From positions 1 to 35,916 of the IMG/VR virus record IMGVR_UViG_3300037484_001195: 35,916 nt of DNA; one strand, given 5' to 3'. The stretch's first letter is position 1. Each line of letters opens with the position of its first letter. Origin of the DNA: a virus (Duplodnaviria > Caudoviricetes). The notes below the pieces were generated by a model. The model was not told where the DNA came from. It ran no database searches and worked only from the letters and a program-made list of their open reading frames with translations. The translations under genes and the position numbers were made by a program. Of the stretch, positions 7,941-17,960 are shown piece after piece.

Positions 7941-9015
7941 CCTTCCTTGGGGACACTTTTCAATATTTCCTAACTTATATGTAGTCTTAGTAGGACCATC
8001 TGGCTCGAGGAAGGGAACAGCCATGAATTTAGGTTATCCTTTTTTGAGGGAGTTAGGAATTAGATTAGCTGCTGAAGCTATTACCCGTGAAGCTCTTATT
8101 AAAGATTTAAAGTTGAGTAGTAATACACAGATTGATGGCCAGGGAAGACCTCTAATCCACTGTTCCTTGACGGTGCACAGCCAAGAACTAACCGTCTTCC
8201 TTGGCTATAACAATTTACAGATGATGGCTGATTTGTGCGACTGGTATGACTGTAAAGATCGGTGGACATATAGAACGAAGAATATGGGCACTGATGAATT
8301 GATTGGAGTGTGGGTTAATTTATTAGGTGCAACAACTCCTGATCTCCTTCGTAGTACACTGCCGGCTGATGCAATAGGTGGAGGTCTTACTGCACGGATG
8401 ATCTTAGTGTTTGAGAAAAGAAAGGCAAAGTCAGTAACCTGTCCATTTTTATCAGCTGAGGAATTAAAACTAAGAGACGCACTATTAGCTGATTTAGAAC
8501 AAATTCTGATGTTAGCAGGAGAGTTTAAGATATCTAAGGAATATTTAGAGTATTGGAATTACTGGTATCCTGCACAGGATAATAATCCACCTTTCACCGA
8601 CATTCGCTTAGGTGGATACATTGAACGTAGAGCCATACATGCCTTAAAATTAAGTATTATAGTTAATGCTTCAAGAACTAGTAATATGATAATAGAAGTA
8701 CATGATTTAAAAAAGGCAATATCACTAATGGAAGACGTTGAAAAGAGGATGAGTTACGTATTCAGTGGAGTTGGAAAAGCTAAGTTAGCAGATGTATTAG
8801 TAAAAGCATGGACGTTTATTGCACTTAATAAACAGGTGAGGCTTTCGATATTGATGAGGGAGTTTCATGCAGATGCAGATTCTGAAGATCTACAGACTAT
8901 AATTAGAACACTTGAAACGATGAGGACTATTAGGATTCAGTATGTTGGGACAGATCCTATATTAGAGTATACAGGAACTAAAGAAATGGAAGGGAAGTAT
9001 GGGATAGGAGGATAA
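7813..9015 (+). CDS. DUF3987-like P-loop replicative helicase/NTPase
   Basis: PNLYVVLVGPSGSRKGTA Walker A-like, LLGATTP and GGGLTARM motifs, winged-helix-like C-terminus. RBS AGGAG before ATG 7813. Confidence 0.75.
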   Translation: MSRKLENWLDSFLIFTENTEPKKSFRLWTGISTIAAMLQRKVSLPWGHFSIFPNLYVVLVGPSGSRKGTAMNLGYPFLRELGIRLAAEAITREALIKDLKLSSNTQIDGQGRPLIHCSLTVHSQELTVFLGYNNLQMMADLCDWYDCKDRWTYRTKNMGTDELIGVWVNLLGATTPDLLRSTLPADAIGGGLTARMILVFEKRKAKSVTCPFLSAEELKLRDALLADLEQILMLAGEFKISKEYLEYWNYWYPAQDNNPPFTDIRLGGYIERRAIHALKLSIIVNASRTSNMIIEVHDLKKAISLMEDVEKRMSYVFSGVGKAKLADVLVKAWTFIALNKQVRLSILMREFHADADSEDLQTIIRTLETMRTIRIQYVGTDPILEYTGTKEMEGKYGIGG

Positions 9016-9016
9016 A

Positions 9017-9190
9017 ATGAATATAGATCTCATGATTAAAGCATATAAGCTGATGAAGGAAGCTAGTCTGCAGAATCACACAGGTCACTGGGACCGCACA
9101 GGTCAGTCTGGCAAAGGCTGTGAAGAATGTATAAAGACTACAAAGTTAAGAGAAGAAGCTGATAGGCTTTTTGAGGAATCAAAGAGATGA
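9017..9190 (+). CDS. Hypothetical protein, 57 aa (H-x2-H...C-x2-C; not in ORF track)
   Basis: RBS AGGAGG; ATGA coupling to the next gene. Confidence 0.6.
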   Translation: MNIDLMIKAYKLMKEASLQNHTGHWDRTGQSGKGCEECIKTTKLREEADRLFEESKR

Positions 9191-9516
9191 CTTGGTGGCT
9201 TGCTTTAATAGTTTTTGCGCTGTCAGTGGCTGATGATATTCTTGTAGTAATCTATTTTAGAAGAGTAGTAGCTGGAAAACGTATATCTGCTAGCATACTA
9301 TCAGGAGCATTAACAGTTCTAATTTCTCTTGAAGTTTTCATTTATGTATCAGCCTGGCAGTATATACTTCCAAATGCACTTGGTTCAGTAATAGGAACAT
9401 GGCTTGCTCTTAAACTTGAAGATAGATTGCCTAAGGTTAGACCACGAACTAGCAAGGGTAGATTTAAGCTGGCTTCAGAAGTAGCAGAATTTCAACAGAG
9501 GAATAAAATACTGTAA
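9187..9516 (+). CDS. Small membrane protein (DUF2179/DUF5698-like) with basic C-terminal tail
   Basis: Three hydrophobic segments, LGSVIGTWLA, and C-terminal RPRTSKGRF. Confidence 0.55.
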   Translation: MTWWLALIVFALSVADDILVVIYFRRVVAGKRISASILSGALTVLISLEVFIYVSAWQYILPNALGSVIGTWLALKLEDRLPKVRPRTSKGRFKLASEVAEFQQRNKIL

Positions 9517-9530
9517 GGAGGAGAACAGTG

Positions 9531-9671
9531 ATGCTCAAAGTAACTACATTAAGTGAGTTGTATAAAGTAGTGGAAGATGGCGAACCAGGACAGCTTATTG
9601 TAATACCAAAAGAGCTTCTTAAAAAACTTATAAAACAGGAGAAAGGAAATAATGATAAATACAAAAAGTAA
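9531..9671 (+). CDS. Hypothetical protein, 46 aa (not in ORF track)
   Basis: Strong RBS AAGGAGG; MLKVTTLSELYKVVEDG...KYKK*. Confidence 0.5.
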   Translation: MLKVTTLSELYKVVEDGEPGQLIVIPKELLKKLIKQEKGNNDKYKK

Positions 9672-9840
9672 CATCTTTTTACTAAAGGATAGAATTAATG
9701 AATTAGATTATAGACTTATAGTAAGTCACTCAAAAGCATATGAAGGTATGCTTGCCATCCTTAAACAGATGTCTAAAATAATTAAAGAGATTGAAAGAGA
9801 TATAAAGGAGATGAAAAATGAAAGCAATACTCGAATTTAG
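9652..9840 (+). CDS. Hypothetical coiled-coil protein
   Basis: ORF in the operon with an AAAGGA RBS. Confidence 0.5.
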   Translation: MINTKSNIFLLKDRINELDYRLIVSHSKAYEGMLAILKQMSKIIKEIERDIKEMKNESNTRI

Positions 9841-10039
9841 TTTGCCTGAAGAAAATGTAGAGTTTGGAGAAGCAATTAATGGTGGAAAGTATGTATCTAT
9901 ACTTCACAATCTTGATACACAACTTAGAAATTATGTAAAGTATGGACATGATCTTAAGTCAGCAATAGATGCTTTTGAACACGTTAGGGAAATAATACAT
10001 AATGAGTTGGAGGAAGAACACCTATCAATTTGGGAATAG
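9818..10039 (+). CDS. Phage hypothetical protein (MKAILEF.LPE...LRNYVKY type)
   Basis: RBS AAGGAG; last gene of the + arm. Confidence 0.7.
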   Translation: MKAILEFSLPEENVEFGEAINGGKYVSILHNLDTQLRNYVKYGHDLKSAIDAFEHVREIIHNELEEEHLSIWE

Positions 10040-10063
10040 CTATGTTCAAAATTATAAACATAG
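10040..10063. repeat. 24-bp quasi-palindrome, copy 3 (at the convergence of the two arms)
   Basis: CTATGTTCAAAATTATAAACATAG, filling 24 of the 27 bp between the convergent stops. Confidence 0.9.
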
Positions 10064-10066
10064 TTA

Positions 10067-13000
10067 TCAATAACCTCTAAACTCTCTCATAGGCAGTTGC
10101 CTCTGCCACAAATCCATACGTCTTGCCAACTTAATAGAGAGCAGTTGTCTTGTCGCAGGATCAAGATGACTTTGCCCAATAGCTGCAATAATTGAGTCAG
10201 GATTAGTAGCGTGCATTGCAAACTCCTGTATTAACTCTTCAGTAATAATATCAACATCAATCATCCTATGACGTTTGACAACCTGCTCAATAATTTTACT
10301 CGCCTGTGCTCTCTCCCTCTTTTCAAGTTCAGTAGACATCCTCATTTCTAATTCCTGCACAGACATCTTCAACGGTTTGAATCCACCTACCATTTTGGCA
10401 AGATCAGTCCAGCTCTCAACTTTAAACTTATTGTTACCATTATCATCTAAAATCCATCCATCTTCATTCATCAATCCCTGCCAAAATTCATTCCATAATC
10501 TCCAAACTGGTACAACACCTTTACTATATTTTTTAAGGTCTTCCCAAATATAGCTTTCACCATTTGCTATTGGAGCTGCCACTTCCTTTCCAAACTTCAC
10601 AATATCTGAAATAAGAATGCCTGCCCAGTCTTCAAACCTTGTTGGAAACTGAAATGCTGCAGGTCCAGAAGCATCAATGCCGAAGAAGCCAAACACTCCT
10701 CTTGACAGTTTTGGATAGTTATTATTAAGCCAAGTATCAAGATCATCAAGCCATCTATCTCCACCAACCAACATTAGAAATGGAAGGCTTTTTAAAGTAA
10801 TCATCATTCCTCTTGGCCCGCCAAGCACTGCCTGCATTGTTAAGTATTTAGCCCACTGATTCGCTCCTTTTAAACCTCTAATAAATTCTATTTCTTTAAC
10901 TAAATAAGCTTTAAATTGTCCAATAGTCTTACCTCCAGGTCCACGAAGAATCTCAGGGAGGGCAGCAACTGAATAATTAAACTCTTGCAGGTCAACAGAC
11001 CGCTTTGCAAACTCAACAGCAGTAGTCTCATCATGCCCAAACTCACCCCTGCCAACCAAATAAGAGGTCATAAAACTAAGTTCTCTATTCGGGATTTCGG
11101 GGGCTTGGAACATCTTTAGTGGTGAGTACCATCTCAATCTATTCTCAAGATCTCCACCCATACCTTCAATGATTGAAGTACCAAGTGAAGGTGCATTCTT
11201 TTTAATAAACTCTTTACCACCTTCTGTATTTAGTGTTCTCTGTCCTTCGATCATATACTTAGCACTAGTTTTAACCCAGATATGCCCCATACCTGACAAT
11301 AGATTTATAAGTGATGCAATAGGCCGATAACCTAATTTTAGATTAGTTAAAAGTGTGCGTGTAGCTGCCAATCCTCTTGTATAAGCAAATGAAGTTTCAA
11401 ATCCAAGTTTGTTAAGAAGATCATCAATAATAGCGTCTCCCTGTGTATATTGCCCTCTAATTGCCTCTAACTGCTTTTCTAAAACTCTTTTAACTGCAGG
11501 TCTATCACTAAACTCATGGAGGTGATCTCTCAACTTCATGATATAAGGATCAATAGCATGCTTCTTCTCAATACTATGAACATATAATGGAAGAATATCG
11601 AATATATCTCTTTCACCTGGTAACTCTTCTTCTCGCTCTTGCAAGAACTGAGACCAGATTTTCTGAGGTTTAATTGAAATACCTTTACCTGGTAATTCAG
11701 CTTTTAATTTATCAGATAAGTCTTTTCCAATCTCTTTAGAATACTGCCCAATTATTTTAGCTATTTTACCCTTCATCGCCCTATAATATTTTTGAGATAC
11801 AAGTGTCTGAAAATCCTTGTCAAGACGATAAGTGGTATCAACTTCAATAGATTCAACTGTAGGATTTTCCTTTAGATAACGTAATGCTTCTTCAACCGCC
11901 TTCCTTTTAGTTTGAGCAAAAGATATAATATGTCCTTCAGGATCACTCAATGCTATTGAACCTCTCATAGCATGAGTAACATAATCCTTAATACCAAAAC
12001 TTTCAATTTCCTTCCATTCTTTAAAAAGGTTAAGCATATCTGCGTATGTAGTTGTGGCAGTCTTACCTTGCTGAGGAGTTCTATTTTGTGCCCTCGCGTA
12101 TCTATTCCATTTTTTAGTAGCGTCAAGTACACTAGCACCGCCAATGAGAACATCTGCCATAATTCTTGCTTCAGTTGAATTAGCACTTAAAATTAATGAC
12201 TCTCTCAAAAACTTCTTATGCTTAACTTTATAAGCATCAAGAAATTTCCTTGTGTCAGTAACAGCAGTTTTAATTTTAGGATCAAGCTTACTTAAATCAA
12301 TAACTTCACCACTCTCAATTTCTTTCATTAAAGACGTAACTTTTTCACGTTCTCTTTCGTTCAAATCTTTAGTAATCCTATCTAATTCCATAAACCCAAT
12401 ACTTCTATTATAAGACCACATACCTAATGAGTCAATTGCTTCTGCCGCAAATTTAAGTGCATCTGGATGATCCCTCAGTGCGAACAATGGAGATTCAATG
12501 CGAGTAGCAAGTTGTGTAACATCAATAGGCTTCTCAATAATATTAACATTTCGCTGAATAGGAGTTCCAGCACCTGCATGTATTCCTGAACCTTTTAATG
12601 GAGTTTGTTGTAGTGCCTGCTCAACATCAATAGATTTAATACGAGGTACTGAGGCGACCTCACTTCGACTTGTAGCTTCGTATGCCAAGTTTACAAATGC
12701 AGTTCTAGCACCAACTTCAATAGTCTCCTGCCCAACTTTTAGTGCAACATCAAGCAATGTTGCCTCACGTTCTCCCATTGGTTTATTAAAGAATGCCCAC
12801 GATATAATTTCTCTGAATCTATCCCATAAAGTTAATACTTTTCCATCCACTTTATCAGACTCAGCTGGAATTGTTGATAGATATTGTTGCATTGTAGGAG
12901 AAGAAAATATTGTAGAAAGGAATTCATCATTATTAAGTAATCCGTAATAAACTTCTCCAAGCTTTGTTGGATTTGAGAAGCCCATATCTAAAATACCTTT

Positions 13001-16000
13001 TTCATAAATCTCTGCAGGACCTGCTATAGTCTGTATTATTCGTCTATCATTCTCTGGTAACCCTTCTATAGCTTTCATTCTTAAATCTTTAATAGTTTTA
13101 TATACAGTCGGAGAACTTCTCATAATCTCATATGTAAGAGCATGAGTTACTTCATGCATAATATCTTCACCAACTGAACTAATATAAAAAGTAACATGCT
13201 CAGCATAGTCTGGAGAAAATCCTATCATTGTACCTATAGGACTTTTATTAAGATAAAATGCACCTGCTCCTATTGAACTTTCTCTTACTACTGCTTTAAC
13301 ACTCCCTAACAATTTTCTAATGTAGGGCGTATTATAAACTTCTGCAAGTGCAGTAATAGTTGGTGAAAAAGTTTCTTTATTATTAAGAACAAAATCTACT
13401 AACACTGTTGCATCCTGAGGACGTAAGGCAACAGTTGATATTTTAGCTGGGGTAAGTATATTCATTAAATCAGCTGCAACTACGCCTCTCTTTGCTGTAT
13501 TATACTTCTCTCTATTACTTAGACTAGGTGGTGCTGGTACAGCTCGTTCTTGTGAAGGAACTCCAGGCTGTGCTTCACTAGCAGGCTGTGCAGGTTCATC
13601 AATAGCTTTGATAGCATCAGAAACATCTACCATAAAACTTTTAAGACTATTAAGAGAATTAACCAATCTATTATACTCATCATGAGTTAGATTCTTCTTA
13701 AAATAATCAAGATTACTCTCAAGTCTTTTAAGTGCAGTAAATGGAACTTCACCAGCTGTATGATATGCTACATTAGTCTGTGTAGTTAAGACATGTAGTA
13801 ATGTATCAATATCTGAGTTATGATCTAACTTAATTTGTTTTAAAAGATCGAGCTGTGTCATTGCTTCTTCTTTTGGCTGAAACCAGATTGTGTTATCTAT
13901 AACTTTTCTTGAATATACTTTCTTAGTTTCAGGAGGCACCTGTATAACGATTGGAACTCTTTCAACAGCAGGAGGCGGCTCAATAAACTGATTTTCTATA
14001 TTATCAGCTATTGCTTCTTTTTCAAGCTGTATCCATTTATGCTGCTCAACGTCATAGTATTCATCATAATTAGTAGGTTCATTCTGCATCCTATCTTCAT
14101 CTCTCATTTTATCAATAGCAGCAAAATCAGTATCAAGTGTTCTCTGCTCATCTCTAATTTGTCTATCAAGAATGTCAAGAGATGTCATAGCCCCAATTTC
14201 ATCTTTAATATCCATAATTAGATCATAATACTTATCTTCAGGAACTATCCCTTCCAAGTCAGCTTTAATATCAGGATCATTGATAAAATCATCTATTGTC
14301 CAGCCTTTTTTAGACATAGCATTAACATGTTCTACAAAACCTGGTCTTAGCTTTTTTACAATAGCAACAACTTCAGCTGCAGTTGCTGCCTCTTCAACTT
14401 TCCCCTTAACTTCTGTAACTGCTGCAGAAGGTTCAGGCATTCTCCCAGCTTCTTTAAGAATACGTATTCTTCGCTCACGAGTTGACTCAGTTCTTTCAGT
14501 AGGTGTCCAATTCTCTAAGTCTTTTTTTGCTGCTTTCATATTAGCTTCATCCATAATATGAATATCTGGATTGAAAATCATAGACTGTCCAGATTGATCT
14601 CGAACAATTACATCAGGAATTTCAGCAGTTTCAGAAGGTGCCAACTTTACAAAGGTAACTTCTTGTTTTGGAAGTGCAACTTCTGTTACTTCACGAGCTG
14701 CAGTTTCAAGTGTTGGAGTTGTTCGATAAAGAGGCTTTTCGCCTTTTAACTTAGCAAGTTTTTCTTCACGAGCTGTCTTACCTTCTTGAGGTATAGTTGG
14801 TTTTGTAACTTTTGCTCCTGTATATTTTCCCGTCTTGTCAATAAATGCTTGTTCTACAACATCTTCATAAGCTATTCCATGAGCATCAGCTATAGCAAAG
14901 TGCTGCTGACCAGGTTCTCCTTTTATTATAGTTCCATCTTTCAATTTTATTGTTGGAACTGTTTCTCCAGCAAATTCTTCAACAAGCGTATATTCTTTGC
15001 GTTTTCTATCACGCTCTTTTATTAAATTTTCAACAGTGGGATTCTCTATCTCAAGAGTACTCTCATGCCCCTCATCTGTTAAATTAAAAAGATACTTATC
15101 TGGTATATTAGGAACACCCCTCTGAACTCCTATAAACTCTAATCCCTCAACAGTAGGAATTTCAGGAGCCAAAATTGTCTTAATAATATCTTTTGATTTT
15201 TCAGCAGCTTTCTTCTTTAACTCACCTTTCCTAACTGCACGTTCTCCCTTCGTTGCCTTTTTAACCTTTTCTCTGTCTTCAAGCTCAGAAATAGCATTAT
15301 CAGCCGCATCTGTCTTTGTAGCTTTTTTGATAATAGTATCAGCGATTGTATCTGCTGTATCTTTGTCAACACCTTTTCCAACTAAAGCTGCAGATGTTTT
15401 TACTTTCAAATCTTGTTTAAGAGCTTCAACACTTCTTCCCCGAGTTGAAGCAACTGCAGACGCACCTGCACCCATTATCAATGTCTGAATACCAGTAATA
15501 CCAGCTGTATCTTCAACTTGCTTCCAGTATGAAGACTGAGGAAGTCCAATTTCTTCAGCTGCTTTATATTGCACAGCAGTTGTAAACTGCTCACCAACAC
15601 CCTGAGATAGCTGAGCCCACCCCATCTTCTTTGCAAACTTACCAAATCCAGTCATAATTGCTTTTTTAATAGGTTCACGAAGTACAGGATTACCTATTAA
15701 TCCAAAAACTCTAGCAGAAATAAGATCAGGACCTATTTCACCAACAGCCTCAGAAACAGCAGATGCAGTTTTCCATGCAGCTGCTTCTTTTTGAACAGCA
15801 GCAATTTCTTCAGCATTTGCTCCTACAGCTATCATTTCTTTTTCTATATCTTTTGTTAAATCATAGTACTGAGCACCAGCAAATAAGCCACCTTTATTAA
15901 GAATAGCACCAACTGTCGAAGCAGCTATCTTAGCATAAAGAGCTGCTCTACCGCCTCCAGGCACAGTTTTTGAAAAACCAGCTCCTATAATTGCACCTGC

Positions 16001-16378
16001 AAAACCTGATGAAATAGACTGACCTATTGATCGAGAAGCCCCACGAATCCAATTACTTATTTTACCAGGTGCATCTTCCTTAGGCTCCCACCACTTTACT
16101 CCTTCATCAAGTACAGTAATCATAGGATCTAAATATGGTTCAACCTCTGGAATTAAATCAGCAGTTTTTAGAGTTGCAGGAAGTCCCCAAGCTGCGCCTG
16201 CCATACCTGACTTTACCCACTGTACTGGTTCTTTTAAATAATCAAGCATATCAGGTGATTTAGTGGGGCCTACAAGTGCAAATTCTTCAGTCGCAGGTTG
16301 TTCACTTTGTTTATTATTTTGAACAAAGGTAGGCGCTTCAGACATCTTTTCTACAAGTTTAAAAGTTTCATCAGCCAT
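10067..16378 (-). CDS. Large internal virion / ejection polyvalent protein with zincin-like domain
   Basis: 2103 aa and last gene of the structural arm. Ala/Gly-rich N-terminal helices, central HEVTH...DEF metallopeptidase-like motif, helical C-terminal region. Confidence 0.65.
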   Translation of the reverse strand: MADETFKLVEKMSEAPTFVQNNKQSEQPATEEFALVGPTKSPDMLDYLKEPVQWVKSGMAGAAWGLPATLKTADLIPEVEPYLDPMITVLDEGVKWWEPKEDAPGKISNWIRGASRSIGQSISSGFAGAIIGAGFSKTVPGGGRAALYAKIAASTVGAILNKGGLFAGAQYYDLTKDIEKEMIAVGANAEEIAAVQKEAAAWKTASAVSEAVGEIGPDLISARVFGLIGNPVLREPIKKAIMTGFGKFAKKMGWAQLSQGVGEQFTTAVQYKAAEEIGLPQSSYWKQVEDTAGITGIQTLIMGAGASAVASTRGRSVEALKQDLKVKTSAALVGKGVDKDTADTIADTIIKKATKTDAADNAISELEDREKVKKATKGERAVRKGELKKKAAEKSKDIIKTILAPEIPTVEGLEFIGVQRGVPNIPDKYLFNLTDEGHESTLEIENPTVENLIKERDRKRKEYTLVEEFAGETVPTIKLKDGTIIKGEPGQQHFAIADAHGIAYEDVVEQAFIDKTGKYTGAKVTKPTIPQEGKTAREEKLAKLKGEKPLYRTTPTLETAAREVTEVALPKQEVTFVKLAPSETAEIPDVIVRDQSGQSMIFNPDIHIMDEANMKAAKKDLENWTPTERTESTRERRIRILKEAGRMPEPSAAVTEVKGKVEEAATAAEVVAIVKKLRPGFVEHVNAMSKKGWTIDDFINDPDIKADLEGIVPEDKYYDLIMDIKDEIGAMTSLDILDRQIRDEQRTLDTDFAAIDKMRDEDRMQNEPTNYDEYYDVEQHKWIQLEKEAIADNIENQFIEPPPAVERVPIVIQVPPETKKVYSRKVIDNTIWFQPKEEAMTQLDLLKQIKLDHNSDIDTLLHVLTTQTNVAYHTAGEVPFTALKRLESNLDYFKKNLTHDEYNRLVNSLNSLKSFMVDVSDAIKAIDEPAQPASEAQPGVPSQERAVPAPPSLSNREKYNTAKRGVVAADLMNILTPAKISTVALRPQDATVLVDFVLNNKETFSPTITALAEVYNTPYIRKLLGSVKAVVRESSIGAGAFYLNKSPIGTMIGFSPDYAEHVTFYISSVGEDIMHEVTHALTYEIMRSSPTVYKTIKDLRMKAIEGLPENDRRIIQTIAGPAEIYEKGILDMGFSNPTKLGEVYYGLLNNDEFLSTIFSSPTMQQYLSTIPAESDKVDGKVLTLWDRFREIISWAFFNKPMGEREATLLDVALKVGQETIEVGARTAFVNLAYEATSRSEVASVPRIKSIDVEQALQQTPLKGSGIHAGAGTPIQRNVNIIEKPIDVTQLATRIESPLFALRDHPDALKFAAEAIDSLGMWSYNRSIGFMELDRITKDLNEREREKVTSLMKEIESGEVIDLSKLDPKIKTAVTDTRKFLDAYKVKHKKFLRESLILSANSTEARIMADVLIGGASVLDATKKWNRYARAQNRTPQQGKTATTTYADMLNLFKEWKEIESFGIKDYVTHAMRGSIALSDPEGHIISFAQTKRKAVEEALRYLKENPTVESIEVDTTYRLDKDFQTLVSQKYYRAMKGKIAKIIGQYSKEIGKDLSDKLKAELPGKGISIKPQKIWSQFLQEREEELPGERDIFDILPLYVHSIEKKHAIDPYIMKLRDHLHEFSDRPAVKRVLEKQLEAIRGQYTQGDAIIDDLLNKLGFETSFAYTRGLAATRTLLTNLKLGYRPIASLINLLSGMGHIWVKTSAKYMIEGQRTLNTEGGKEFIKKNAPSLGTSIIEGMGGDLENRLRWYSPLKMFQAPEIPNRELSFMTSYLVGRGEFGHDETTAVEFAKRSVDLQEFNYSVAALPEILRGPGGKTIGQFKAYLVKEIEFIRGLKGANQWAKYLTMQAVLGGPRGMMITLKSLPFLMLVGGDRWLDDLDTWLNNNYPKLSRGVFGFFGIDASGPAAFQFPTRFEDWAGILISDIVKFGKEVAAPIANGESYIWEDLKKYSKGVVPVWRLWNEFWQGLMNEDGWILDDNGNNKFKVESWTDLAKMVGGFKPLKMSVQELEMRMSTELEKRERAQASKIIEQVVKRHRMIDVDIITEELIQEFAMHATNPDSIIAAIGQSHLDPATRQLLSIKLARRMDLWQRQLPMREFRGY
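16305..16328. repeat. 24-bp quasi-palindrome, copy 4 (intragenic)
   Basis: CTTTGTTTATTATTTTGAACAAAG, inside the codons for TFVQNNKQS of the 2103-aa gene. Confidence 0.85.
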
Positions 16379-16386
16379 TTTATCTC

Positions 16387-17913
16387 CTAATAGGTACCAT
16401 AAGGATAGAGTGATTTAATATCAGTTTTAGGAACTATCTTACTACCATCCCACACAACTTTTACTTCAGTTCCACGATCAGATTTGAATGTATAAGTAGC
16501 TGCAGGTTTTCCTGTTAACTGTTTAGTAAACTGTTCATTTGTTGGAGTTGTAGGTGGGGCTGCAGCCGCAGCTGGCTTATTCTTCTCTATAATAGATTTT
16601 TTGCCAGCCGGTTTTTCAGGCTGTGCAGAAGTAGTAGATACTCCAATAATACTTCTTATCATTCCTCCTCTAAATTCCTCATTTCCAGAACTACTAATAT
16701 AAGCATCAATTGCTTTATCAAGTTTATCAGATAATCCAGGAATTTTAGCTGCAAGTGCCTTAACAATAGCAGGATCAATCTCTCCACCACCTATTGGTCT
16801 AAGGGAGCTAAGAAGCTCTGCTAAATCCATATTTCTTTTGCCAGATGGAGTTTTAGCCATGTCAGCTTGAATAACTGGAATTAGATAAGGAGCTATTTGA
16901 GATGTAGCAAATTTGATTTCTGCAGTATGATATGTTTTAGCTGCTTTTTCAGTTTCGGGAGTAGCACTAACTGAATATGACATAACTTCTTTTCCAGAAA
17001 TAGGATTAACAAGTGATACTTTATCTCCTCTGCGAATCTCCTCAAGTTTAGTACCATACTCAGTTTCCATTCTCTTCTTTAAAGCAGTATACTCAGGCTT
17101 AGACTCTAACTCAAGTTTTTTAGTCTCTTTTTTTGTCTTTTCAGTTTCGGCTTCTTTTTTTGCAGTCTCAACTGGTGCTGCAGCTATTTTCGTCTGTATT
17201 TCATTAATCCTCGCTTGTGATTCCTCCATAGATTTCATCTTTGAAAGTAACTCCACAAGATTTTTAACAGGCGCAGCTGCAATCTCTTGATATGCTTTCT
17301 GAGCAGTTGCAAGATGAGCTTCCATCTCAGCAGGCTTTGCTTCTCCCTGCATAACTTTCAAATATGCATCTGAAATAGTTGCTATATTTTCAAATGGTCT
17401 TTTCAATTCAGCTTCCCTAACTTTTAATCCAGTGCCATACAAACCTGTTATCTGCTCAGGAGTAAGGCCAACCACATCGGCACCAGACAAACTAACGGGT
17501 TGACCCTCCGTAAAACTGCCGCCTCCTGCTAATTGTGAACCTACCATTTTTTTAAGAGCTTCATTCAACTTTTGAGATTTAAGTGCACCTGTTATAACAC
17601 TACCAACTTGACTTCCAGCAGTCTCTCTTCCTTGAGGACCTCTCATCAAAGCAGTTCCCACCTCTGCAAGAGCTGGTGCAGCTGATTGAATACCTTTTCC
17701 GAGTTTGTCAGCCCAACTTAGTTCAGGCGCAGACGCAGGTGTATCCCCAATCTTTTCTCCAAACTGCATAAGTTCAGGAGAAATAGCAGGAGCTGCAGTA
17801 CTAGGATTTACTCCAGTAGTAAGAGAAGGCCCCGCAGTAAATCCTTGAGCCTGCTCAGCCATTTTAAGCTTCATTGCTTCATCTAATAAACTATAACCAC
17901 CCCACTCAGCCAT
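16387..17913 (-). CDS. Internal virion / ejection protein (putative)
   Basis: Lies among ejection genes; Ala/Lys-rich coiled coil. Start moved to ATG 17913 after RBS GGAGG. Confidence 0.55.
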   Translation of the reverse strand: MAEWGGYSLLDEAMKLKMAEQAQGFTAGPSLTTGVNPSTAAPAISPELMQFGEKIGDTPASAPELSWADKLGKGIQSAAPALAEVGTALMRGPQGRETAGSQVGSVITGALKSQKLNEALKKMVGSQLAGGGSFTEGQPVSLSGADVVGLTPEQITGLYGTGLKVREAELKRPFENIATISDAYLKVMQGEAKPAEMEAHLATAQKAYQEIAAAPVKNLVELLSKMKSMEESQARINEIQTKIAAAPVETAKKEAETEKTKKETKKLELESKPEYTALKKRMETEYGTKLEEIRRGDKVSLVNPISGKEVMSYSVSATPETEKAAKTYHTAEIKFATSQIAPYLIPVIQADMAKTPSGKRNMDLAELLSSLRPIGGGEIDPAIVKALAAKIPGLSDKLDKAIDAYISSSGNEEFRGGMIRSIIGVSTTSAQPEKPAGKKSIIEKNKPAAAAAPPTTPTNEQFTKQLTGKPAATYTFKSDRGTEVKVVWDGSKIVPKTDIKSLYPYGTY

Positions 17914-17931
17914 TTTAACTTCCTCCAATAA

Positions 17932-17955
17932 CTATGTTCAAAATATTGAACAAAG
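17932..17955. repeat. 24-bp quasi-palindrome, copy 5
   Basis: CTATGTTCAAAATATTGAACAAAG, intergenic. Confidence 0.9.
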
Positions 17956-17960
17956 ATAAA

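Noticed and set aside
10275-15025. Short + strand ORFs opposite the large structural gene (and similar antisense ORFs elsewhere in the track)
   Set aside because: They are antisense shadows of long coding genes, with no convincing RBS or motifs.
15411-15434. Possible eleventh palindrome copy (TGTTTAAGAGCTTCAACA core)
   Set aside because: The spacer contains G/C and the outer arms mismatch, so it is probably chance.
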